A stretch of DNA of 64,000 nt, from contig JBMNHF010000004.1 in assembly GCA_050950205.1 (NCBI GenBank), positions 19,045 through 83,044 on the forward strand, read 5' to 3'. The DNA comes from Oscillospiraceae bacterium (GTDB lineage Bacteria > Bacillota > Clostridia > Oscillospirales > Ruminococcaceae). Shown here one piece after another: positions 48,744 to 57,949 of this stretch (position 1 is its first letter; every line of letters starts with the position of its first letter). The notes beneath the pieces were generated by a model. That model did no database searches. It was not told the origin of the DNA and worked only from the letters and a program-made list of their open reading frames with translations. The position numbers and the translations under genes are program-made.

Positions 48744-48772
48744 ATTATAGTAAAATGCTGGTTATTGCGCAA
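48744..48772 (-). promoter_or_regulatory. sigmaA promoter of the atp operon
   Basis: TTGCGC-17 bp-TATAAT on the minus strand. Confidence 0.7.
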
Positions 48773-48801
48773 GCAATATGCACGATATTCAAAAAAATCT
48801 T

Positions 48802-48823
48802 AATTATATAAAAATTTTATAAA
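48802..48823. promoter_or_regulatory. 11-bp direct repeat, candidate OmpR/KdpE-family binding box
   Basis: AATTATATAAA AATTTTATAAA, between the atp promoter and an extended -10 (TGTTATAAT, 48847-48855) for the kinase gene. Confidence 0.45.
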
Positions 48824-49005
48824 GGTGTTTTATTCTTGCCAGGTTTTGTTATAATGGATGCTATAGTGAAGGATAAATTCTATCAAAAGCAGGTCAAAGG
48901 TTTCACACCTGTGAAGAGATAAAAGGCATGGGGGCAGAATATGCCTGCCAAAATAGATTCCCATACTTTAAAGTTTGCCCAAAATGAGATGGAGTTGACC
49001 ATAAA

Positions 49006-50580
49006 ATGAAAAAACAATTGGCGGAACGAATCTATGCCGATTCTCCCAGGGATTTTGGCATTGTTTTGCGCAACAGCTTAAAGTTAATTGGCGTAGTGTT
49101 GGCCACCGCCCCGCTCGCTGAAGTGTTGGCGGGGCTTGGTTTGGAAACCGAAAGCCTGCTGATGCTGTATATGCTGGCCGTGGTGGTTGTTTCGGTGTTT
49201 ACCCCCAGCTACTCCTATGGAATTGTGGCGGCGGTGCTTTGCTCTTTTTCTTATGACTTCTTTATCACCGAACCTCGCTACGGTTTTTCCATCACCCTGC
49301 GCTTTCCCATCACCCTACTCACCATGCTTGCCGTTACTTTAATCATCAGCGCTTTGATTGTTCAAAACAAAAAGCAGGCCGACCTTGCCATGAAGCGGGA
49401 GCAGCGAACCAAGCTCCTTTACCAGCTGAATCAGGAGTTGCTGGCCTCCCGGGATGTTCCGGAAATTGTGGGGGTGACCCAGAAGTATATTCAGCAGCAG
49501 ATGGAGCGCTCCAATGTCTTTTTCCTCAAAGACCCCAAGGAGGGGGGAGAACCGTCCCTGGTGCTTCTGCACCCAGAGGATCAAGATCTCTTTACCGATA
49601 AGGAGGCTCTGCGCCGAGTCCACCAAATGTTTAAGGTGGGGGCAGAACAGCCGGAGGAGCTGCTGCCCAAGGACCCAAATATTCATTACGAGGCGGTGGT
49701 TTCCCACGGTAAGGTGCTGGGAGTCATCGGTCTGGATTGCCGGGAACTCCCCCTCACTCCGGGCACCCATGCCTTTTTGCATATCATTGCCTCTCGGGTG
49801 GCCTTGGCCCTTGCCCTGCGCTACTTGAGCGAGGAGCAAAACAACCTGAAAATCAGCGCCGAAAAAGAAAAGATGCGGGCCAACTTGCTGCGCTCCATTT
49901 CCCATGACCTGCGCACTCCCCTCACCAGTATTCTCGGAGCCAGCTCCGCCATTTTGGAGCAGAGGGACATGAATGAGGAAATGCGACAAAAACTGACGGG
50001 GGATATTAGGGAAAATGCCCAATGGCTCATCCGCATGGTGGAAAACATCCTCACCGTCACTAGGATTTCCAAGGAGACTACCACCGTATACAAAACCATG
50101 GAGGCGGCCGAGGAGATTGTTTCCCAAGCGGTTTCCATTGTGCGCAATCGCTTTCCCGATTGCCTTATCCACGTAAGTGTTCCCAACGAGCTGTTGATGG
50201 TTCCCATGGATGCCACCCTCATCTCCCAGGTACTGATCAACCTGCTGGAAAACGCCATCAAAAACAGCGACGAAGGAGCCCTGGTTTTGCTTACCCTAAA
50301 GAAAAAGGGAGATTTTGCACGATTTGAGGTATGCGATCACGGCAGGGGCATCCCCGAACAGCTGCTCAGCAACCTCTTTGAACTTCACTCGCCTCACTCT
50401 GAGTCGGAGGATTTGGGTGCCGATTCCTCTAAGGGATTGGGCATCGGGCTTTCCATCTGCAAGACCATCATTCAAGCCCACGGCGGAGAGATCGAGGGCT
50501 GCAATCGGGAGGAGGGTGGTGCCCGCTTTATCTTTACCCTACCCTTACACCAAATACAGGAGGAACAGCATGAATCGTAA
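49006..50580 (+). CDS. KdpD-like sensor histidine kinase (4-TM DUF4118-type + GAF-like + HisKA + HATPase; lacks the N-terminal KdpD and Usp domains)
   Basis: LRSISHDLRTPLTSILG, QVLINLLENA, DHGRGI, GLGIGLSICK. Confidence 0.9.
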   Translation: MKKQLAERIYADSPRDFGIVLRNSLKLIGVVLATAPLAEVLAGLGLETESLLMLYMLAVVVVSVFTPSYSYGIVAAVLCSFSYDFFITEPRYGFSITLRFPITLLTMLAVTLIISALIVQNKKQADLAMKREQRTKLLYQLNQELLASRDVPEIVGVTQKYIQQQMERSNVFFLKDPKEGGEPSLVLLHPEDQDLFTDKEALRRVHQMFKVGAEQPEELLPKDPNIHYEAVVSHGKVLGVIGLDCRELPLTPGTHAFLHIIASRVALALALRYLSEEQNNLKISAEKEKMRANLLRSISHDLRTPLTSILGASSAILEQRDMNEEMRQKLTGDIRENAQWLIRMVENILTVTRISKETTTVYKTMEAAEEIVSQAVSIVRNRFPDCLIHVSVPNELLMVPMDATLISQVLINLLENAIKNSDEGALVLLTLKKKGDFARFEVCDHGRGIPEQLLSNLFELHSPHSESEDLGADSSKGLGIGLSICKTIIQAHGGEIEGCNREEGGARFIFTLPLHQIQEEQHES

Positions 50581-50749
50581 CAGTCTGCAAACGGCCATTC
50601 TGATTTTGGCCATTTTATTGGGCGCCGCCTTTTTACTGCCAATCGCTTTCAACCTATTTCTGGGAACCATCTGGCTGGCCATCCGGCTCATTTTCCTTCT
50701 GGTTCTGGTCTATTTGATTGCCAAATGGTTCCGGGGCAGGCGGTCATGA
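50570..50749 (+). CDS. 59-aa hydrophobic membrane protein between kinase and regulator
   Basis: RBS AGGAGG; start overlaps the kinase stop and its stop overlaps the regulator ATG (ATGA); MNRNSLQTAILILAILLGAAFLLPIAFNLFLGTIWLAIRLIFLLVLVYLIAKWFRGRRS. Confidence 0.75.
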   Translation: MNRNSLQTAILILAILLGAAFLLPIAFNLFLGTIWLAIRLIFLLVLVYLIAKWFRGRRS

Positions 50750-51447
50750 AGCACCCCTTCACCGTGTTGGTGGTGGAGGATGAGCAGGCCATCGGCAATC
50801 TTTTGGGCGCTATTCTGGACGCCCAATACCGGGTGCTGTTTGCCTCCACCGGAGGGGAAGCTCTGGCCATGGCGGCCTCCCACACGCCCGACCTCATTTT
50901 GCTGGATCTTGGGCTGCCTGATATGGACGGCATGGATGTTTTAATCCAGCTGCGCAAGTGGTTTGATCCGCCTATTATTGTGGTATCTGCCCGGCAGAAG
51001 GAGCAGGAAAAGGTGGCGGCTCTGGATGCAGGCGCCAACGACTATGTCACCAAGCCCTTTGGCAACCGGGAGCTGTTGGCCCGAATACGCACCTCTTTGC
51101 GCCAATATGCCCGCATGCAAAATTCCCGTTCCCGGCTGGACAGTGAGTTTTCGGTGGGGGATCTTCACCTCAACTACGCAAGGCGGGAGGTGCGGATAGG
51201 GGACAAGCTGGTTCACCTCACCCCCATCGAGTACCGCATTGTGGTGTTGCTGGCCCGCAATGCGGGTATGGTGTTGACCCACGATCATATCCTCAAGGAA
51301 ATTTGGGGGCCCTTTGCCAGCGACAGTCAGCTGCTGCGGGTCAACATGGCCAATATTCGCCGCAAGATTGAACCCAATCCCGCCGATCCCCGGTACATCC
51401 TCACCGAGGTGGGGGTGGGTTACCGCATGATCGACTGCGAGCGCTAG
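50746..51447 (+). CDS. KdpE-like OmpR-family response regulator
   Basis: LLDLGLPDMDG, ALDAGANDYVTKPF, LRVNMANIRRKIEPNPADPRYILTEVGVGYR. Confidence 0.93.
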   Translation: MKHPFTVLVVEDEQAIGNLLGAILDAQYRVLFASTGGEALAMAASHTPDLILLDLGLPDMDGMDVLIQLRKWFDPPIIVVSARQKEQEKVAALDAGANDYVTKPFGNRELLARIRTSLRQYARMQNSRSRLDSEFSVGDLHLNYARREVRIGDKLVHLTPIEYRIVVLLARNAGMVLTHDHILKEIWGPFASDSQLLRVNMANIRRKIEPNPADPRYILTEVGVGYRMIDCER

Positions 51448-51519
51448 CATCTTGCGGGTTTCGACGCTTTTTCCCCGACACTGCAGCACCAAAGCAGCGG
51501 CAGTGGGTACATCCAAGTG

Positions 51520-51557
51520 AAAAGACAGGAGGCACAGCAGATGCTTCCTGTCTTTTT
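51520..51557. terminator. Bidirectional terminator
   Basis: AAAAGACAGGAGGCA / TGCTTCCTGTCTTTT. Confidence 0.75.
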
Positions 51558-51772
51558 CTGTTCCTCCAGAAACAGACGCCACCAATCGATGGAAAGGACA
51601 GTTCCCTGCACCTTTTGCCTCCAAGCCGGAACATTCCTGCGGGAAAGTATCTTATCGGCAGGAGGCGGGGCAGCTATATCTGTTGCCGGGCCGGCAAAAT
51701 GCCCCTTGGGTCCAAAAACCCAAGGGGCAGATGGAATTGGTTTGCTTCTGGCTATGGGACAGGAGGGGAGGA

Positions 51773-53848
51773 CTACTCCTCTTCCGCCATCTTCTTGGCT
51801 TCTTCCTTCACCGCTTCTTCCAGGTGGACAGGAAGCTGCTCATAGCGCTCAAAGGTGAGGATAAAGCTGCCCCGGCCCTGGGTGACCGAGCGCAGGAAGG
51901 TGGTAAAGTCGTGCATTTCGCTCATGGGCACTTCGCCCTCTACCTCCTGCATGCCGCCGTCCACAGGGTTCATGCCCAGCACACGGCCCCGGCGCTTATT
52001 CAGCTCGCCCATTACGTCGCCTGTGTTGGCGTCGGGCACTGTCACCTTCACGTTGCCGATGGGTTCCAGCAGCACAGGGCTGGCCTGGGCCATTCCCGCC
52101 TTATAGGCCAAAGAAGCGGCGGTTTTAAAGGCCATTTCGGAGGAGTCCACCGGGTGGTAAGAACCATCCACCAGGGTGGCCTTTAGGCCCACCACAGGGT
52201 ACCCTGCAATGACGCCTTTTTTAATGGCATCCTGAAGGCCTTTTTCCACTGCGGGGAAGTAGTTCTTGGGCACCGAACCGCCAAAGACGTTGGTCTCGAA
52301 GATAAGATCTTCTCCATCGTGGGGCTCAAACTCAATCCAGACATGACCGAACTGCCCGTGGCCACCGGTTTGCTTCTTGTGCTTGCCTTCCACCTTGACC
52401 TTCTTGCGAATGGTTTCCCGATAGGGAACTCTGGGGGCAATCAGATCAATCTCAACCCCAAACTTGGACTTCAGCTTGGAAACCACCATATCCAGATGCT
52501 GCTCGCCCAAGCCGGAGATCAATTGCTGCTTGGTTTCGGCGTTTTGCTCAAAGCTGATGGAGGGATCCTCTTCCATCAGGCGCACAATGCCGCCGGCCAC
52601 CTTGCCCTCGTCGCCCTTCTTCTTCACTTTGACTGCCATGGAAAGGGTGGCGCGGGGGAACTGGGTTTTTTGGAAGGATACCACCCGCTTGGGATCGCAC
52701 AGGCTGTCGCCGGTGATGGTTTCTCCCAGCTTGGTGATAGCGCCAACGTCTCCAGCGGTGAGGAACGCGGTCTCCTCCTGCTTTTTGCCCTTGACATAGA
52801 TAATCTTACCCAAACGTTCCGGCTGTTCTGTGCGGGAGTTGATGGGTGTAATTTCGTTGGAGAGCTTTCCGGCAACCACCTTGACATAGCTCAGTTTACC
52901 CACAAAGGGGTCGGCTACGGTTTTGAAGATATAGGCGGCCAGAGGCGCTTCGTCGGTGCATGCAATTTCCACCGGCTCGCCGTTGGCGTCTTCGGCAATT
53001 TCGCCGGCGCTTTCATAGGCAGAGGGGAGGTGATCCACAATGGCATCCAGCAGCATATCGATCCCCTCCAGGGTGACGCAGGAGCCGCAGAGAACCGGTG
53101 TGATGGAGCCGCTCTTGACTCCCTTGTGAATACCGGAAATGATTTCGTCCCGGGTAAATTCTTCACCGGAGAAGAACTTTTCAAACAGCGCTTCGTCGGT
53201 TTCGGCCACTGCTTCGGAGATGGCGCCCCGCAGCCCCTCCAGCCGGTGGGCAAAGTCGGGCATGGCGGTTTCCTTGGGATTTCCCTTGGCGTCGTAGGTG
53301 TAGGCTTTATTTTCCACCAGATTGATATAGCATTCGGCTTTGTCGCCGTTGACAAAGGGGATCACCAAAGGACAGACCGAAGGCCCAAACGCTGCCTTGA
53401 GCTCTTCCAGCACCTTATAAAAATCGGCATGTTCCACATCCATCTTGTTGACAAAGAACATGCGAGCCTTGCCCATCCGACCAGCCAGGTCGTAGGCTTT
53501 GTGGGTTCCCACCTCTACGCCATCCTTGGCGGAGAGATTGATGACTACACTTTCGGCTGCCCGAACACCCTCGTACATACCGCCGGCAAAGTCAAACAGT
53601 CCGGGAGTGTCAATGAGGTTGATCTTGACGGAGCCCCATGTAAAGGGATACATGGAGGAAGAGACGGATACCTGTCGCTTAATTTCCTCCGGGTCAAAGT
53701 CGAGGGCGGTGTTTCCGTCAGCCACCTTGCCCAGCCGGTCAATTTCCCCGGCCTTAAACAGCAGCGCCTCTGCCAAAGACGTCTTGCCGCTTCCCCCGTG
53801 ACCCGCAAGCGCAATATTTCGTATTTTCCCCGCTAGATATTGCCTCAT
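51773..53848 (-). CDS. fusA: Elongation factor G paralogue (EF-G2-like)
   Basis: GHGGSGKT, DTPG, NKMD, KKQTGGHGQFG, VDSSEMAF; RQVSV in place of canonical RGIT; not in the str operon. Confidence 0.9.
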   Translation of the reverse strand: MRQYLAGKIRNIALAGHGGSGKTSLAEALLFKAGEIDRLGKVADGNTALDFDPEEIKRQVSVSSSMYPFTWGSVKINLIDTPGLFDFAGGMYEGVRAAESVVINLSAKDGVEVGTHKAYDLAGRMGKARMFFVNKMDVEHADFYKVLEELKAAFGPSVCPLVIPFVNGDKAECYINLVENKAYTYDAKGNPKETAMPDFAHRLEGLRGAISEAVAETDEALFEKFFSGEEFTRDEIISGIHKGVKSGSITPVLCGSCVTLEGIDMLLDAIVDHLPSAYESAGEIAEDANGEPVEIACTDEAPLAAYIFKTVADPFVGKLSYVKVVAGKLSNEITPINSRTEQPERLGKIIYVKGKKQEETAFLTAGDVGAITKLGETITGDSLCDPKRVVSFQKTQFPRATLSMAVKVKKKGDEGKVAGGIVRLMEEDPSISFEQNAETKQQLISGLGEQHLDMVVSKLKSKFGVEIDLIAPRVPYRETIRKKVKVEGKHKKQTGGHGQFGHVWIEFEPHDGEDLIFETNVFGGSVPKNYFPAVEKGLQDAIKKGVIAGYPVVGLKATLVDGSYHPVDSSEMAFKTAASLAYKAGMAQASPVLLEPIGNVKVTVPDANTGDVMGELNKRRGRVLGMNPVDGGMQEVEGEVPMSEMHDFTTFLRSVTQGRGSFILTFERYEQLPVHLEEAVKEEAKKMAEEE

Positions 53849-54255
53849 GTTATTGCTCCTTTCGAGTATCGCCAGCAAGTGCGCCTTACAAGACACACTC
53901 GGCGTACCATCAAAATAATGGAAGGGACCATGCGTCCTGTCCCAATCCGGTCATAGCATAAATTATAGCAATATTGTGATAAAGATACAAGCCATAAATG
54001 AGCAAACCCGGGTAATTTTAGCGCATTCGTTCGAGAAATCGGGAGAACATTTTTATATATTACCTATAATTTTTTATTATTTGCTCCTCAAAGGGCGTTG
54101 CGGTGGCAGAATATGCAGCAGTATTCATCCTTCTTAAAATGCTTGCCGGTACACCTTGCCCGGTCATCGCTGTAGCACTGTGTTCTGCAATCAAAAAATC
54201 CGCCTTTGGAAAGCACTCGGCTGGCTTTCCAAAGGCGGATGGATGGAATGAAATG

Positions 54256-54954
54256 TTATGCGCCGGGCAGCACTGCGTGGGTCTGGCCTTCTCCGCTGAT
54301 GTCGTCCCGCACCGCTACCACCTGATAAGAGTCCCCCACTTTTTTCATGACATACACCATGTACTTATCTGGCTGAGGGTTCTCTCTGTCTCCCTGCAAG
54401 TTGGCAGTATAGGCACCGGTTGGGGGGATGTACCCCACCCGAACCAGATACAGCTCCCCGCTTTTTTCGATGCTCTCCACCCAGGGAGAGTATACGTAGA
54501 GCTGAATGGTAATGGGAACGCTGTAGGTTTGCCGCTCTTCGTCATAGAAGTAGGTGTTTTCGTACTCACCAATGGTCTTGTGCTCCAAGGTCACCTCGGG
54601 GCCAAAGAGCTTGGCAGCTGCCACATCTAGGTCCGAGGCGGGCACCAGCATCTCCTGATTTTCGTCAATGCGGTACACCTGCCCCTTGGCATCCAGCAGG
54701 GCAGACCACATGCAGATATAGAGCATCTGGGTTTTGTCGATGTCGGTAGCCCGCTCAAAGGGCACCGTATCAAACATGACCAGAGGCCGCACAATATCCT
54801 CCAGTTTATTTTTCTCCGAGGAATTGTCCAGCACCCGCCCGGTGAGGTAGATGCTGGCCACCACCACGAAAGCCAATCCGATCAATGCCAGCAGAATAAA
54901 CAGTCCGCCGATGGGGGCTGCGTATCTGCGTCTTTTTGGTCTTGCAGCAGACAT
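54256..54954 (-). CDS. Hypothetical membrane-anchored extracellular protein
   Basis: Basic N-terminus, single TM segment, acidic soluble domain. Confidence 0.75.
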   Translation of the reverse strand: MSAARPKRRRYAAPIGGLFILLALIGLAFVVVASIYLTGRVLDNSSEKNKLEDIVRPLVMFDTVPFERATDIDKTQMLYICMWSALLDAKGQVYRIDENQEMLVPASDLDVAAAKLFGPEVTLEHKTIGEYENTYFYDEERQTYSVPITIQLYVYSPWVESIEKSGELYLVRVGYIPPTGAYTANLQGDRENPQPDKYMVYVMKKVGDSYQVVAVRDDISGEGQTHAVLPGA

Positions 54955-55022
54955 GTCAATTCTCCGTTCTCTGCTAATCAGTTGCTTAAAATTAGCAGCT
55001 CCTTACATACAATATGATATCA

Positions 55023-56270
55023 TCAACGGGTTTGACCGTTGCCGTTGATGATGTACTTATAGCTGACCAGCTCCCGCAGACCCATGGGGCCACGGGCATG
55101 AAGCTTTTGGGTAGAGATGCCGATTTCTGCCCCCAGGCCAAACTCTCCACCGTCGGTAAAGCGGGTGGATGCGTTGACATACACCGCCGCACTGTCCACC
55201 ATGGAGGTAAACTTCCGGCTGTTGTCCAGGCTGCCGGTGACAATGACCTCCGAATGGTGGGAGGAATACCGGGCAATGTGGGCAACTGCCTCCTCCAAAT
55301 CGGCCACCACCTTTACCGCCAGGATATAATCCAAAAATTCCGTCTCGTAATCCTCTTCGGTGACCGGGGTGATGGCATCGCCCAAAATCTCCCGGGTTTT
55401 GGGGCAACCTCTCAGCTCTACGCCGTGTTGGTCCAACTGCGCCTTGATCCGGGGCAAAAACGCGGCTGCAATGTCCTGATGAACCAGCAGCGTCTCCAAG
55501 GCGTTGCAGACGCTGGGCCGCTGGGTTTTGCCGTTTTCCACAATGCGAATGGCCATCTCCAAATCGGCGCTTTGGTCGATAAAAGCATGGCAGTTGCCCA
55601 CCCCGGTTTCAATGACCGGAACGGTGGCGTTTTGCACCACTGCTTGAATGAGGCCGGCGCCTCCCCGGGGAATGAGCACATCCACATATTGGTTGAGCTT
55701 CATCAGAGCTGTGGCCGTTTCCCGGGCGGTGTCCTGGATGAGCAGCACCGAATCGGCAGGCACCGCTGTCTGTGCCAGCGCCTTTTGCATCACCTGGGTC
55801 AGGGCAAGGTTAGAGTGAATGGCCTCCTTGCCGCCCCGCAGAATGCAGGCGTTTCCGCTTTTAAGGCAGAGAGCAGCGCAGTCCACCGTCACATTAGGGC
55901 GGGACTCAAAGATAATCCCCGCCACCCCCAACGGCACCGAGACCTTGGTGATGGAAAGGCCGTTGGGTCGACGGCTGCCCTCCAGCACATAACCCACCGG
56001 ATCGGGCAGGGCAACCAGCTCCCGGACGGCGTTGGCCATGCCGGCAATCCGCTCTTGGCTTAAGCGCAGGCGGTCCTGCATTGCTTTGGTCATGCCGTTT
56101 TCTTGGGCGGCGTCCAAATCCTTCTGATTGGCTTGGAGAATCTGGGAAGCATTTGCCTGCAGAGCATCGACAATGGCCAGCAGGGCTGCATCCTTTTCCG
56201 CTGATGAAAGCTGCGAAAGAACGGCGGCCGCCTGTTTGGCCCGAATTCCCAGTGCGGTTAAATCATGCAT
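55023..56270 (-). CDS. proA: Gamma-glutamyl phosphate reductase
   Basis: GIIFESRPNVT, GVGNCH, VCNALETLL, NASTRFTDG, GISTQKLHARGP. Confidence 0.97.
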   Translation of the reverse strand: MHDLTALGIRAKQAAAVLSQLSSAEKDAALLAIVDALQANASQILQANQKDLDAAQENGMTKAMQDRLRLSQERIAGMANAVRELVALPDPVGYVLEGSRRPNGLSITKVSVPLGVAGIIFESRPNVTVDCAALCLKSGNACILRGGKEAIHSNLALTQVMQKALAQTAVPADSVLLIQDTARETATALMKLNQYVDVLIPRGGAGLIQAVVQNATVPVIETGVGNCHAFIDQSADLEMAIRIVENGKTQRPSVCNALETLLVHQDIAAAFLPRIKAQLDQHGVELRGCPKTREILGDAITPVTEEDYETEFLDYILAVKVVADLEEAVAHIARYSSHHSEVIVTGSLDNSRKFTSMVDSAAVYVNASTRFTDGGEFGLGAEIGISTQKLHARGPMGLRELVSYKYIINGNGQTR

Positions 56271-56359
56271 TCAGCCCATTCCTTTCTCATGCTAAACCTT
56301 AAGCAGGTAATCTGTCCATGGTTCTCACTTGGTTCTGTCTTGAGACAGGGCGGTGTTGG

Positions 56360-57160
56360 CTAAGCGCGGTGGGCTTTGAATACCGTCCCCACCGAACTGC
56401 CTCCAAACAATTCGTAGAGAAGCTCGGGATTTTCGCCGTTGATGATGGCCATATCAATCCCGGCAGCCGTGGCAATCTCGGCGGCGTGGATTTTGGTGAC
56501 CATCCCCCCGGTGCCCCGATTGGACCCTACCCCCGATGCAAGGGACCGGATGGAATCGTCGATGGCTTCCACCACCGGAATGAGACGAGCGGAGGAGTCC
56601 TTGCGGGGGTCGGAGGTGTAAAGCCCGTCAATGTCCGAAAGGAGCACCAGAGCATCCGCATGCACCAACGTGGCTACCACAGCGGAAAGGGTGTCGTTGT
56701 CGCCAAAGTTTTCCCCTTCCAGCTCGTCGGTGGCCACCGAGTCGTTTTCGTTGACAATGGGAATCACTCCCATTTCAAACAACTGTTCAAAGGTGTTGAC
56801 AGCGTTGCGCCGCAAAATGGGGTTTTCGGTCACATCCCGGGTTAAAAGCATCTGGCCCACAATGTGATTGTATCGGGTAAAGCTCTGGTCGTAGAGGTAC
56901 ATCAGCTCGCATTGACCCACTGCGGCAGCAGCCTGACGCTCCGGCGTGGTGGAAGGGCGCTCTCTCAGCCGCAGCTTGCCCTTGCCAACTCCAATGGCCC
57001 CCGAGGTGACCAGCACAATTTCCTTACCGGAGTTTTTCAGGTCGGAAAGAACCTCCACCAACTGCTCCAGTCTGCGTATATTGATCAGCCCCGTATCATA
57101 AGTCAGGGTGGAGGTGCCCACCTTTACCACGATACGGCGGGCTTCCTGAAAGGTTTCCAT
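56360..57160 (-). CDS. proB: Glutamate 5-kinase (no PUA domain)
   Basis: VVKVGTSTL, VTSGAI, NENDSV, FGDNDTLSA, GTGGMVTK. Confidence 0.97.
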   Translation of the reverse strand: METFQEARRIVVKVGTSTLTYDTGLINIRRLEQLVEVLSDLKNSGKEIVLVTSGAIGVGKGKLRLRERPSTTPERQAAAAVGQCELMYLYDQSFTRYNHIVGQMLLTRDVTENPILRRNAVNTFEQLFEMGVIPIVNENDSVATDELEGENFGDNDTLSAVVATLVHADALVLLSDIDGLYTSDPRKDSSARLIPVVEAIDDSIRSLASGVGSNRGTGGMVTKIHAAEIATAAGIDMAIINGENPELLYELFGGSSVGTVFKAHRA

Positions 57161-57441
57161 TACCGCTCACTCCCATGCTCGGTCCGGTTGGTTCGGCCGA
57201 AAATTTTGCCTTTCTATTGTATCAGAAATCCCGGGGTTTCACAAGCAAAACCACCTTCTCCTTCTCCCATGACCCAAAAGCCATAACACCGGCAGAAAAA
57301 GCGCTTGCCTGCGGCCCTTTTTAGGGGATATCCTACATGAGCGTTTTTGTTTTGGTTATCATACCACAGTGGAGGACATCTTACCCCGGAAGATTAGAAA
57401 AAACTGTCAGCAAATCCCTAAAAAAATACTGGATTGATGGA

Positions 57442-57470
57442 TTGACTTTGCCAATACGGTGTGCTATACT
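57442..57470 (+). promoter_or_regulatory. sigmaA promoter about 470 nt upstream of speD
   Basis: TTGACT-17 bp-TATACT with TG extension. Confidence 0.75.
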
Positions 57471-57609
57471 ATCTTGACAGTATGGAAAACAGGGACAAAC
57501 AGCTTTCCATGCAAATATTTTTTTGACCACTTTCTTCTACCCAGGATCTTGAGAAGAAAGTCAAGGCCATGCGGACAGCCGGGTCAAATGCCGATTGGCA
57601 ATTGGTTGC

Positions 57610-57872
57610 CTTATTGATTGAGTTAAAAGCTCGAATTTTATAAGTTGGTTACTTATAACCAGTGTGCGCGGCACACCAAAACTTGTGAAACGGTCAATAA
57701 GAGTACTAAGAGTAAAAATGTTTGCTTGGATAGACTCTGAGATCCCGTGTCTGCATTTTGAATAAAAAAAAGCGGGTGCCTTTCTTTGCTCCGCTTTCGC
57801 AATAAAACAAAGTCAGGAAAACACAAGTAATGGTGCAGCGCCGCTGCATTATCCTTGTGTTTTTTTATTTTT
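57610..57872 (+). ncRNA. Structured speD leader (multi-stem junction plus intrinsic terminator), candidate riboswitch or attenuator
   Basis: Nested stems at 57610-57701; terminator AAAACACAAG/CTTGTGTTTT at 57818-57863 followed by a T-rich run. Confidence 0.55.
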
Positions 57873-57949
57873 CCGCGCTGCCCGCCCCCTACCTGTGGGT
57901 GCCGGCGAACCGGACTCTTATTTTTGCTGGAAAGGCAGGGTGGATGTTG

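Noticed and set aside
57482-57765. Short uORFs in the speD leader (MENRDKQLSMQIFF, MRTAGSNADW..., MFAWIDSEIPCLHFE)
   Set aside because: Weak or absent RBS and no informative codon runs; cannot be favoured over chance, though not excluded.
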